Positions 45,399 through 53,695 of a stretch of 60,097 nucleotides of DNA are shown in pieces. The notes beneath the pieces were generated by a model. That model was not told where the DNA came from, searched no databases, and was given only the letters and a program-made list of their open reading frames with translations. Position numbers and translations under genes: made by a program. Positions within the stretch are counted from its first letter, which is position 1. Every line of letters starts with the position of its first letter. This stretch comes from Candidatus Omnitrophota bacterium (GTDB lineage Bacteria > Omnitrophota > Gorgyraeia > Gygaellales > Profunditerraquicolaceae): the NCBI GenBank assembly GCA_003598025.1, contig QZKH01000006.1:313930-374026 (forward strand), given 5' to 3'.

Positions 45399-45719
45399 AT
45401 GGTAAAAAAGAAACGAATACCGCAGATCAGAAAAGATCTTAAAGACTTCTTGATTTCCGAAGAAGGAAAAATTACTAAAAAAGACATTACTAAGGTCGGC
45501 CTTTCTTTGATAGCCATATCTATGATGGTTACCCCGGAGAGCGCTTATCCCCAGACGCATACCAATATGTTTTTTTCCAGCGCTGGAGGCAGCGGGCATA
45601 ATTCACATACTTCACATAGTTCGCATGGTTCGCACGGCAGCCATTCCAATGCTGTTGCAGCAGCCGTTACTGTCGTTGTTGGCGTTACGGTAACAGCAGG
45701 TGTTGTTACGGTTGCCTGA
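45399..45719 (+). CDS. hxsA: His-Xaa-Ser repeat precursor protein, HxsA-like
   Basis: 106 aa. Lys-rich N-region, hydrophobic LSLIAISMMV, HNSHTSHSSHGSHGSHS (aa 67-83), and the tail NAVAAAVTVVVGVTVTAGVVTVA. GGGAGG RBS 5 nt upstream. Confidence 0.65.
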   Translation: MVKKKRIPQIRKDLKDFLISEEGKITKKDITKVGLSLIAISMMVTPESAYPQTHTNMFFSSAGGSGHNSHTSHSSHGSHGSHSNAVAAAVTVVVGVTVTAGVVTVA

Positions 45720-45757
45720 TTATATCCTCTTCGGTTATTCTCCCTCTTTAAACTTCT

Positions 45758-47302
45758 ATGGGCAATAAAACTGTAACAGTAGCATATTTTAATATCTCTG
45801 ACCCTGGTTCAAGCGTTATCCCAACTGAGGAAGCCGCTGCTTATCATTATTCCTTCTCTACATATCTGCCTAATGGCCCGTTATCTATCGCAACTGTCTT
45901 AAAAAGAGACGGGCATAAAGTAATCTTTAAGGACTATCAATTCAGCGCAATCGGTTCGTATAGGAAAATTAGCGATATTGCAGAGTTCTTTATGGATGAT
46001 TCTGAAGTTTTGTGTGTAGGATGCATGTGCAATATGTTGCCGTATCTTATAGCCGCCCTGAAAATCTTAAAACGTAAATTCCCGGATAAAATAATTATAT
46101 TAGGCGGACCTGGGCCATCAGATGTATATGAGCCGTTAATGAAGAATTTCAGCTTTATAGATTTTATTGTGCGGGGCGAAGGAGAAGAGACGATAATAGA
46201 ATTGATTAATTCTTTAGACAATCCAGGAAATTTTTCAAAGGTTAATGGAATAAGCTATAGATATGCGGGCCAAGTATACCATAACCCTGACCGCCAGCTT
46301 ATGCCGTCATTGGATAGCGTACCGGACCTCGACCTTTCTTTGGTAAGTTCAAAGTATAATTTCTTCTATTTCTTTACTTCAAGGGGCTGCCCTTTTAACT
46401 GCGGGTATTGTAATAACGCAAGTTTTTGGAGAAGAAGGGTAAGGCAGATAGGCTTAAAAAGGGTTTTTGATGAAATTGGCCGTATTATAGAGCGTTTTGG
46501 GGTCAAAAACATAGGGGCAGGCGATGACACGTTCTTTGCTTCCAGCCGGGAAAGAATAGAAGAGTTCGCTACGCTCTATAAAAAAAACGGGCACACTTTT
46601 AGGTGGAGCGCACACCACCGCATAAATTTATTTGATGAAGGTGTAATGGATTTAGTTAAGGATATGAACATGAAAGAGATACTCATGGGTATTGATTCAG
46701 CTTCTAACAGGATGCTTAAAGCATTAGGGAGAAATTATACTATAGAGCAGGCATTAAAGGTGTCAAAGCTTGCTTTGAAATATATTAATGCATTAAGAGT
46801 TACTTTTATATATGGTTTTCCTAACGAGACATTAGAGGATTTTTTGCTCACCCTGGAGGCAATTTTATGTTTAAGGGATCCAAGAATAAGCGTGGATTTA
46901 ATACTATTGGCCCCGCTTAAGCAAACTCCTATTTGTGAAGGATACTCAGGAAAGATGAGCTTTTCAAAGGGTCCGGCTGAAGTTGCCTATACGTTTCGGA
47001 CTAAACTAGAAGATGGGAATGTCAACGTTAGCCGGATTACCAGGGCCTATAATTCTGTTTTTTCTCTTCCATTGGGAATACCCTATATGCCGGAAGTTGA
47101 TAGTCTTATTTCTAAATTTCCGGATGCTTTTATTTCATATTATAATTATGATTCAGAACTTACGCTTAAGTTTGAGATAATACAGGAGTTCCTGCGTTTT
47201 TTAGAAAGTGAAGACAGGATAAATGAGGCCATAGCAAATGTTCAGGGACGATTGATCTATTTTGGCAAAGGGCGCGTAAGGCAGATAAGCATTAAAAAAT
47301 AG
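45758..47302 (+). CDS. B12-binding-domain radical SAM enzyme (class B), paralogue 1
   Basis: N-terminal cobalamin-domain layout (SIATVLKRDGHKV...ILGGPGPS...VRGEGEETI), then FTSRGCPFNCGYCNN. Confidence 0.8.
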   Translation: MGNKTVTVAYFNISDPGSSVIPTEEAAAYHYSFSTYLPNGPLSIATVLKRDGHKVIFKDYQFSAIGSYRKISDIAEFFMDDSEVLCVGCMCNMLPYLIAALKILKRKFPDKIIILGGPGPSDVYEPLMKNFSFIDFIVRGEGEETIIELINSLDNPGNFSKVNGISYRYAGQVYHNPDRQLMPSLDSVPDLDLSLVSSKYNFFYFFTSRGCPFNCGYCNNASFWRRRVRQIGLKRVFDEIGRIIERFGVKNIGAGDDTFFASSRERIEEFATLYKKNGHTFRWSAHHRINLFDEGVMDLVKDMNMKEILMGIDSASNRMLKALGRNYTIEQALKVSKLALKYINALRVTFIYGFPNETLEDFLLTLEAILCLRDPRISVDLILLAPLKQTPICEGYSGKMSFSKGPAEVAYTFRTKLEDGNVNVSRITRAYNSVFSLPLGIPYMPEVDSLISKFPDAFISYYNYDSELTLKFEIIQEFLRFLESEDRINEAIANVQGRLIYFGKGRVRQISIKK

Positions 47303-47308
47303 AAAAGT

Positions 47309-48838
47309 ATGGATGTTACGATCGTTAATTTCGGTTTGCCAGCAGCAACTTTAATCAGACCAGATGAACTTTTTATCATAAAATCTATACCTGTAGGTGC
47401 TTTAAGTATAGCTACGGTACTTAAAAAAACAGGGTATAATGTCGTTTTTAAGGATTATCAATTATCGGATTATGATGATCCCCTGGAGCCGAAGAATATA
47501 ATTGAATTCCTCAGTGATTCCTCTTCTTTGCTCTGTATCGGATGCGCTTGCAACCTGCTGCCATTCCTGGTATCAGCTTTAAAAAAAATAAAAGAAAAAA
47601 TCCCTGATAAGAAAATTGTGCTTGGCGGCCCAGGGCCAAGTGATGTATTTGAATTCTTGCTTAGGGATTTCCCTTTTCTTGATTATATCGTTAGAGGCGA
47701 GGGCGAGTTTACGATAGTTGAATTAGTCGCAGCCATAGAAAATCAAAAGAGCTTAGAAAATATAGAAGGGTTAAGCTTCCGTGATAACGGAAATATAATT
47801 CATAATCCGGCCCGAAGGTTGATAGCAAGGCTTGATGATTTGCCGGATCTGGATATTTCTTTGCTTAATCCCGGTTACAACATGTTTTATATTTTTACAG
47901 CCAGGGGATGCCCTTACGACTGTACTTATTGTAATAACGTCACTTTCTGGCAGCAGCGGGTAAGGCCATTGAGCATAAGAAAGGCTTTTAACGAAATAGG
48001 GTTAATCAGAGATAAATTCAAAGGCATAAATATAGCTGTAGGCGATGATACATTTGGAGTTAATAAAGATGTTTCTGAGCGGTTCATCGAAGAATATAAG
48101 AGAGTGCATTATGATTTTGCATGGTCGGCTACGTACAGGATAGACCTTTTTGACGAAATGTTCATAAAAAAAATGGCGGCCATAAACATGCAGTCAGTAG
48201 TTTACGGTGTTGAGTCTGGTTCAAATAGAATGCTTAAGCGCTTGGGTAGAAATTATAAAATAGAAGATGCCATTAATGTTGTGTCAAAAACGTTAACTTA
48301 TTTAAAGACCGTGGCAGTATCTTTTATATACGGGTATCCGTTTGAGACAGTTGAAGATTTTCTTGAAACTCTGGAGAGTATACTGAAATTTCATAATTTA
48401 GGCGTTTTTATCAGGTTGAATCTTCTCGGGCCTTTAAGGCAAACCAGATTATTTAAAGAGTATAAGGGTGGCTTGGAAAATTCCAGCGGTCATTCATATT
48501 TAATTACACCTTATGTAAAAACAAAAATCATGAGAAAAACTACGGATACTGGCAGGCTCCAGAATTTGAATAAAATAGGTACTGGGGTTCCGGAGGTAGA
48601 CAGGTTGATTAAGAACTTTCCAGACAGTTCGGTTTCTTATTATTTATATCCTTCAGACTTGGAGCTTAAGGAGCAAATAATAAAAGAATTCCTGACTTTT
48701 ATTGAGAATGCCGGTACTATCAGTGAAAAAAGAGTAAGCGTTAAAGGATATCTAATATATTTCAGCAAAGACAGGGTCAAATTATTAAAATCCCCGCGCA
48801 AGGCCTATACTAGCAGGGTAGGCTGTAAAACTAAATGA
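47309..48838 (+). CDS. B12-binding-domain radical SAM enzyme (class B), paralogue 2
   Basis: Collinear with the preceding ORF (SIATVLKKTGYNV...LGGPGPS...VRGEGEFTI; FTARGCPYDCTYCNN). Confidence 0.8.
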   Translation: MDVTIVNFGLPAATLIRPDELFIIKSIPVGALSIATVLKKTGYNVVFKDYQLSDYDDPLEPKNIIEFLSDSSSLLCIGCACNLLPFLVSALKKIKEKIPDKKIVLGGPGPSDVFEFLLRDFPFLDYIVRGEGEFTIVELVAAIENQKSLENIEGLSFRDNGNIIHNPARRLIARLDDLPDLDISLLNPGYNMFYIFTARGCPYDCTYCNNVTFWQQRVRPLSIRKAFNEIGLIRDKFKGINIAVGDDTFGVNKDVSERFIEEYKRVHYDFAWSATYRIDLFDEMFIKKMAAINMQSVVYGVESGSNRMLKRLGRNYKIEDAINVVSKTLTYLKTVAVSFIYGYPFETVEDFLETLESILKFHNLGVFIRLNLLGPLRQTRLFKEYKGGLENSSGHSYLITPYVKTKIMRKTTDTGRLQNLNKIGTGVPEVDRLIKNFPDSSVSYYLYPSDLELKEQIIKEFLTFIENAGTISEKRVSVKGYLIYFSKDRVKLLKSPRKAYTSRVGCKTK

Positions 48839-49752
48839 AAAAAGCAGATATAAAAGTCGGTTTTCTTTGTAATAATTATTGTTTGCATTGTGTACAGGGA
48901 GATAAAAGGGCAAGGTTCGGTAACAAAGGGTTAGAGCATATTAAGGATGAATTGATTATGGCCCGAAAGAACTGTACTGATGTGGTTTTTACCGGAGGCG
49001 AACCGACAATACATAAAGATTTTCTTAAACTTGTCGTATTTGCAAAGGCGCTTGGTTTTAAGCAGATTCAATTACAGACTAACGCCAGGATGTTTGCTTA
49101 CAAAGATTTTGCCAGAGAGGCAGTATTAAGCGGGATAAATAATTTCTGTATCGCCGTACTCGGCCATAAGTCCTATTTGCATGATTCGTTAACCGGAGTA
49201 AAAGGGAGTTTCAGGCAGCTGGTAAAAGGCGTTGAAAATTTGAAAGCTTTAGGTGCTGATATATCAGATAACACTGTTATTACTAAGAAAAACTACAAAT
49301 ATCTTGCGCATATCGCAAGATATTTGGTTACTTTGGGCGTCAGGCAATATCAATTTGCCTTTATCCACCCTTTAGGAAATGCAAAAGTAAACTTTCAGTC
49401 TATTGTTCCGAGGTTCAAAGAGGTGATGCCGTATGTAAGGAAGGGGTTGGATATAGGGATAAAGAGCAAAGTGACAGTTATGACTGAAGCTATTCCTTAT
49501 TGTTTTATGAAGAAATACGAAGATTATATTGCAGAGCGGATCATCCCGGAGACAGAAGTATTTGATGCTGATTTTTATATCGGCAACTATTCTGAGTCCA
49601 GGAAAGCCAATGGCAAGGCCAAGGGTCCTGCCTGTAAGCGTTGTTATTATGATAATTTATGCGAAGGGCCATGGAAAGAGTATCCAGAGTATTTTGGCTG
49701 GAGCGAATTTAAACCGGTCAGAAGGCAAAAAAATGGCAAGAAAGCAGGATAA
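48835..49752 (+). CDS. small radical SAM enzyme, HxsC-like, paralogue 1
   Basis: CNNYCLHC close to the N-terminus, GGEPTI, and C-terminal CKRCYYDNLCEGPW. 305 aa. ATGA overlap with the upstream gene. Confidence 0.7.
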   Translation: MKKADIKVGFLCNNYCLHCVQGDKRARFGNKGLEHIKDELIMARKNCTDVVFTGGEPTIHKDFLKLVVFAKALGFKQIQLQTNARMFAYKDFAREAVLSGINNFCIAVLGHKSYLHDSLTGVKGSFRQLVKGVENLKALGADISDNTVITKKNYKYLAHIARYLVTLGVRQYQFAFIHPLGNAKVNFQSIVPRFKEVMPYVRKGLDIGIKSKVTVMTEAIPYCFMKKYEDYIAERIIPETEVFDADFYIGNYSESRKANGKAKGPACKRCYYDNLCEGPWKEYPEYFGWSEFKPVRRQKNGKKAG

Positions 49753-50791
49753 TTTATACGTTCGCGGCCACAAAACCGCACCTTCGAAGGTGCGGATGGA
49801 GTGTGTACGCTCAGTATTTCGCTCCAAGAAACTTCCGGCTTTATCCCGAGGAGCTTCATTTAAGAATCATTTCCAGGAGAAGATTAATAAGACTGTCATT
49901 GTCAGCGGATATATTTGTAATAACCACTGTAAGTTTTGCAATAACTCCGGCAAGAGAGTAATAGGCGACAGAAATACAAGCGAAATAATACAGGCTATAA
50001 TCGGAGCCAAAGAAGGGGGAGCTTCCTATCTAGAGATTATCGGAGGAGAACCTACGATCAGGAAAGATATATTTGATATCGTAAGTTTTGCAAATAAGCT
50101 TAAATTTAATACTATCTCTATTACGACTAATGGCAGGATGTTTTCTTATAAAAAGTTCGCATCTAAAATCATAAAATGCGGTTTAAACAGCCTGGTTTTT
50201 TCTATACACGGACATAATAGCCTCTTGCATGACAGCCTTACTCAATCAAATGGCAGCTTTAAGCAGCTGCTTTCAGGTTTAGATAATCTGCGGGATATAG
50301 GCTTTAATAATCTTGGGTCTAATACTACTATTGTCAAAACTAATTACAGATATTTGCCTGAAATCGGCGGGTTTATCTATAAGCTGGGGATAAGAAACAG
50401 CGAGTTTATCTTCGTCGATCCTACTTATGGAGGCGCGCATGATAATTTTCTTAAGCTCGTTCCCCGGATATCTAAGGCAGCGCCTTTTATTAGAAAATGC
50501 CTGGATATAGGCCGTCAGAAGAATGTTTCGCACTGGCATGCCAGGTATGTGCCACTTTGCCACTTCGTAGGCTATGAAGATCAGATAAGCGAGATATACG
50601 AGAAATCAGTTTTTAAGACTCAGCATATAGCAGCTGATTTTATAAATCTCAACGTAGAGGCATCGCGTATGAAAGTGGGCAGGATAAAAACAGATAGATG
50701 CAGAGGATGCATCAAGTTTTCTGCTTGTGAAGGTATCTGGAGGGAATATTTTTCCAGGTTTGGAGATAGCGAGCTGACCCCTATTACGTAA
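49733..50791 (+). CDS. small radical SAM enzyme, HxsC-like, paralogue 2 (start uncertain)
   Basis: CNNHCKFC, GGEPTI, C-terminal CRGCIKFSACEGIW. There is no ATG within 25 codons upstream of the Cys motif. Candidate starts are 49733 (GAAGG, 7 nt, ATG) or 49796; either one reads through the 107-bp repeat. Confidence 0.6.
   Translation: MARKQDNLYVRGHKTAPSKVRMECVRSVFRSKKLPALSRGASFKNHFQEKINKTVIVSGYICNNHCKFCNNSGKRVIGDRNTSEIIQAIIGAKEGGASYLEIIGGEPTIRKDIFDIVSFANKLKFNTISITTNGRMFSYKKFASKIIKCGLNSLVFSIHGHNSLLHDSLTQSNGSFKQLLSGLDNLRDIGFNNLGSNTTIVKTNYRYLPEIGGFIYKLGIRNSEFIFVDPTYGGAHDNFLKLVPRISKAAPFIRKCLDIGRQKNVSHWHARYVPLCHFVGYEDQISEIYEKSVFKTQHIAADFINLNVEASRMKVGRIKTDRCRGCIKFSACEGIWREYFSRFGDSELTPIT
49751..49857 (+). 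repeat. 107-bp dispersed repeat, copy B
   Basis: About 90% identical to the reverse complement of 25511-25617. Contains the perfect hairpin CCGCACCTT-CG-AAGGTGCGG (49776-49795). Confidence 0.9.
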
Positions 50792-50803
50792 CGGAGAATA
50801 TTT

Positions 50804-51742
50804 ATGCCCGTGGTCCCTATTATAGATAAATGCAATAACTACTGTCTGATGTGCACCAATCCTGCTGCCGGAGAATGGAAGCAGAGTTTCAGTTTTAACG
50901 AGATCGCCGGAAGGATAACGAATTTCTTTAATGGCCAGCAAGAGTTCTTAGAGAATTACCGTGATAGTTTTTCTCTTACCGGCGGCGAGCCGACTATATC
51001 AGCGGATTTACCTAAGCTAATAGAATTGATAGATTATTTTCAAAAAGGAGTCAGTATAAAATGCCTGACTAACGGCCGCATGTTTGCTTATCCGGAATAT
51101 GCAAGGTCGATTTTAAAATCTTGCGTACATTTATCGCTTGCTATTCCTTTGCACAGCATTGACGGAAAAATCCACGATAAAATTACCAGGGTGCAGGGAA
51201 GTTTCTTACAGACAGTAAAAGGCTTAGAAAATATTTTTAAATATAAGAGGAGTATTCATAATGTTGAGATCAGATTTGTAATCCATGCATTGAATTATAC
51301 TGAAATTCATAAGATGGCAAAATTTATAAAAAAAGAGTTTCCTGGGGTGTCAAAATATGTAGTCATATTTTTTGAAGTTGAAGGGCAAGCTCAAAAAAAC
51401 TTTAAACTGCTTAAGATCTCCTACGGTGACGTTTATCCGTATCTGGAGTCCTTACCGTTAAGCCTGATTGAGAAGCCGGAATTGCAGCTATTCCATTTTC
51501 CGTTGTGTGTCTTACCGTATAATTTATATCGTTGTGCATGGAGGACGCTTCCGGGAAAGGATATTAAATTTGTCGCTGCTTGCCGAAGTTGCCAGGTAAA
51601 GAAATTCTGCCTGGGCGTGCCTTTATTTTACAGCAAATTTGTCGGGATAAAGGAATTCAAAGCCGTGGGCGCAAGTTTAAAGATCAAGGCCAATGCCAAT
51701 CCTTATAACCCGGTAAAATCAGTTAAGAAGGCCTATGTTTAA
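50804..51742 (+). CDS. small radical SAM enzyme, HxsC-like, paralogue 3
   Basis: CNNYCLMC at residues 10-17, GGEPTI, C-terminal CRSCQVKKFCLG. 312 aa. Confidence 0.7.
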   Translation: MPVVPIIDKCNNYCLMCTNPAAGEWKQSFSFNEIAGRITNFFNGQQEFLENYRDSFSLTGGEPTISADLPKLIELIDYFQKGVSIKCLTNGRMFAYPEYARSILKSCVHLSLAIPLHSIDGKIHDKITRVQGSFLQTVKGLENIFKYKRSIHNVEIRFVIHALNYTEIHKMAKFIKKEFPGVSKYVVIFFEVEGQAQKNFKLLKISYGDVYPYLESLPLSLIEKPELQLFHFPLCVLPYNLYRCAWRTLPGKDIKFVAACRSCQVKKFCLGVPLFYSKFVGIKEFKAVGASLKIKANANPYNPVKSVKKAYV

Positions 51743-52670
51743 AAATGATATTGTTTATACATTCCTGTTCCTGCCTGTGATGATTTTTATCGGATCTATA
51801 ACAATTTATCAGGACATTAGGTATTCTAAAATTAAAAATGTATGGGTTGCCTCCGGCATACTTTATTCCGTAGCTGTATATTTTACCGCAGAATTAATCT
51901 CTGTTTTAGACCCGAATTTATTCCCTCCGTTTATCGATAAAATCATTCATCCTTTGGTTTGGAAAATAGAAAGATGGGCTATTAATTTGTTGTTAAGCGT
52001 GATCTTAAGCTATTTTTTATGGCATTTTAAAATATGGGGCGCAGGAGACGCCAAGCTTTTTATATGCTATGCCGGGTTAATTCCTTTGGGCCAATACTCC
52101 AAGGTATATTTTAATTACAGTTTTGCTTCTTTATTACTGCTTATGGCCATTTTTTTACCTCCGACAATCAAACTTTTTTTAAGCTCAACCTGGGCATTTT
52201 TCAGTGATACGAGTAAGTACAATATTAAAAAATTGGCTGTGCGAGAGTTACATAAAATCAATAAGAAAGACATGTTTGAAGCTTTCCTCGGCTTAATGAT
52301 GTTTTTTCTGTTTTTGAAAATAATTGGAGATTTTATACGTGTTCCTTGGAATGGGTTCTTAAACCAAAACAAAGCCATGGTATTATTGGGCTTTCTTTTT
52401 ATCCCTTTTTCAAAATTAATTTTCAAGAATATAGTTATGCTTTTATTTAGTATTATTATTTTACTGATCTACGTATTTGCAAGAATGCACAGCCCGATAC
52501 TTTGGTTGACAGGTGAATTATCGGTTTCTTTGCTAAGAGCATGCGTTTTACTGATATTATTTCCTCTAGTCAAAAAGACGATTAATTATTACATACGGCG
52601 AAATGTCCAAAACCATTATCCATTTGCTCACTGGATGTTTTTGGGCGCGCTTTTGGTTTGGTTATTTTGA
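51735..52670 (+). CDS. A24-family aspartic (prepilin-type) peptidase-like membrane protein
   Basis: Polytopic. First Asp context YQDIRYSKIKN (as in D-x4-IPN of CpaA/TadV/FlaK) and second Asp in WGAGDAKLF (GxGDxKL). No N-terminal methyltransferase/zinc domain is seen. Confidence 0.6.
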   Translation: MFKNDIVYTFLFLPVMIFIGSITIYQDIRYSKIKNVWVASGILYSVAVYFTAELISVLDPNLFPPFIDKIIHPLVWKIERWAINLLLSVILSYFLWHFKIWGAGDAKLFICYAGLIPLGQYSKVYFNYSFASLLLLMAIFLPPTIKLFLSSTWAFFSDTSKYNIKKLAVRELHKINKKDMFEAFLGLMMFFLFLKIIGDFIRVPWNGFLNQNKAMVLLGFLFIPFSKLIFKNIVMLLFSIIILLIYVFARMHSPILWLTGELSVSLLRACVLLILFPLVKKTINYYIRRNVQNHYPFAHWMFLGALLVWLF

Positions 52671-52779
52671 TACCGCTGGTTAATAAAAAAGTTGAAACTG
52701 TTTGTTAAAGTGGTAAACTGTACGTGAGATCAACCTCTATTAGCGCGGAAGGTTAAAAAGCTTATATCTGGGATATAAA

Positions 52780-53649
52780 ATGAAACACATAATTATAGGT
52801 TTGATAATATTATTTGCTATTTCGGGCACACGAAATTCATCCGCTCAAATTGCGCAAACAGGCTCGAGTTTGCAGCAGGCACTTGATGAAAAGAAGGTGC
52901 TTAATTTTGTTAAAGAAAGATATCCGGATATTTACGAGCCGATGTTGAAGGCTAAAGAAATTGATTCAGATAGTTATTTGAGCATGCTTTTACTCTTTGA
53001 AAAGAACATGAGTGCTAAAGAGAGCCTTAGTGGCAATGGATTAAAGCTATACGAGGGGATTGAAAAGGCATTGAATAAAAGAGGCTTTGAGCCGAAAGAT
53101 GAAAAAAAGGTATTGGAATATATCAGGGATACGAACCCTGCCTTGAGCCAAAATATGGCTTATTGGAAAAAGATCAAAAGCCCTCAATATGAATATTTTA
53201 TCGGCCTCTATAGCGAAATTATTAACCTCTCCCAGCAAGCCAAAATAAATTATCCGAATTATTATCGCGCTATCAGGGATATACAGTCCAATACTTCAAC
53301 CATGCAGAGTGTTTATGATGCGTTTATTAAAGGAGAGATTACTAGAGCCGAAGCGAAGAGAAAGTTAACTAGGCTTATGCCGGACAATTACAGTAACCCT
53401 CAGATTGCGGCACTATTTAATAGCCAATTGACTAACATGGAGAGCGATATTGCCAGATTAAAAGCTATGAGTGCGAAGAAGGATAGTTCTATACCTATCG
53501 CGGAGATTAAGAAGCGCATTGATGACATCGAAAAAGAAAAGAGAGCATTAAAAAAAGCTCTTGGCGGCGACAGCAGGGAATATACTGCGATATTAATCGA
53601 AAAGCAATTAAACAACCTGGAAATTGCCAGAAACAAGATAGCAGGATAA
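52780..53649 (+). CDS. secreted alpha-helical/coiled-coil protein (unknown function)
   Basis: Signal peptide MKHIIIGLIILFAISGTRNSSAQ. Lys/Glu-rich helical sequence with no recognisable motif. Confidence 0.45.
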   Translation: MKHIIIGLIILFAISGTRNSSAQIAQTGSSLQQALDEKKVLNFVKERYPDIYEPMLKAKEIDSDSYLSMLLLFEKNMSAKESLSGNGLKLYEGIEKALNKRGFEPKDEKKVLEYIRDTNPALSQNMAYWKKIKSPQYEYFIGLYSEIINLSQQAKINYPNYYRAIRDIQSNTSTMQSVYDAFIKGEITRAEAKRKLTRLMPDNYSNPQIAALFNSQLTNMESDIARLKAMSAKKDSSIPIAEIKKRIDDIEKEKRALKKALGGDSREYTAILIEKQLNNLEIARNKIAG

Positions 53650-53695
53650 TTTGTTTGCCGAGATTATTTAATGCCTAATAAAAAAGGAGCAGAAC

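Noticed and set aside
45597-45647. Resemblance between the HxS-coding DNA (CAT AGT TCG CAT GGT TCG CAC GG) and the heptamer arrays (AGTTCAT GGTTCAT AGTTCAC GG).
   Set aside because: The period is 9 nt in the precursor and 7 nt in the arrays. The shared AGTTC/GGTTC cores follow trivially from Ser/Gly-Ser-His codons. I cannot show common origin without a genome-wide analysis, so this is left as an unproven curiosity.
49529-49732. ORF-track start at 49529 for the second HxsC-like gene. The same applies to the upstream-extended starts at 12193, 12917, 14652, 34622, 35065, 37637, 39018 and 39808.
   Set aside because: The extensions overlap the preceding gene by 30-220 nt and encode non-homologous sequence. 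Internal ATGs with a Shine-Dalgarno and family-typical N-termini were preferred.
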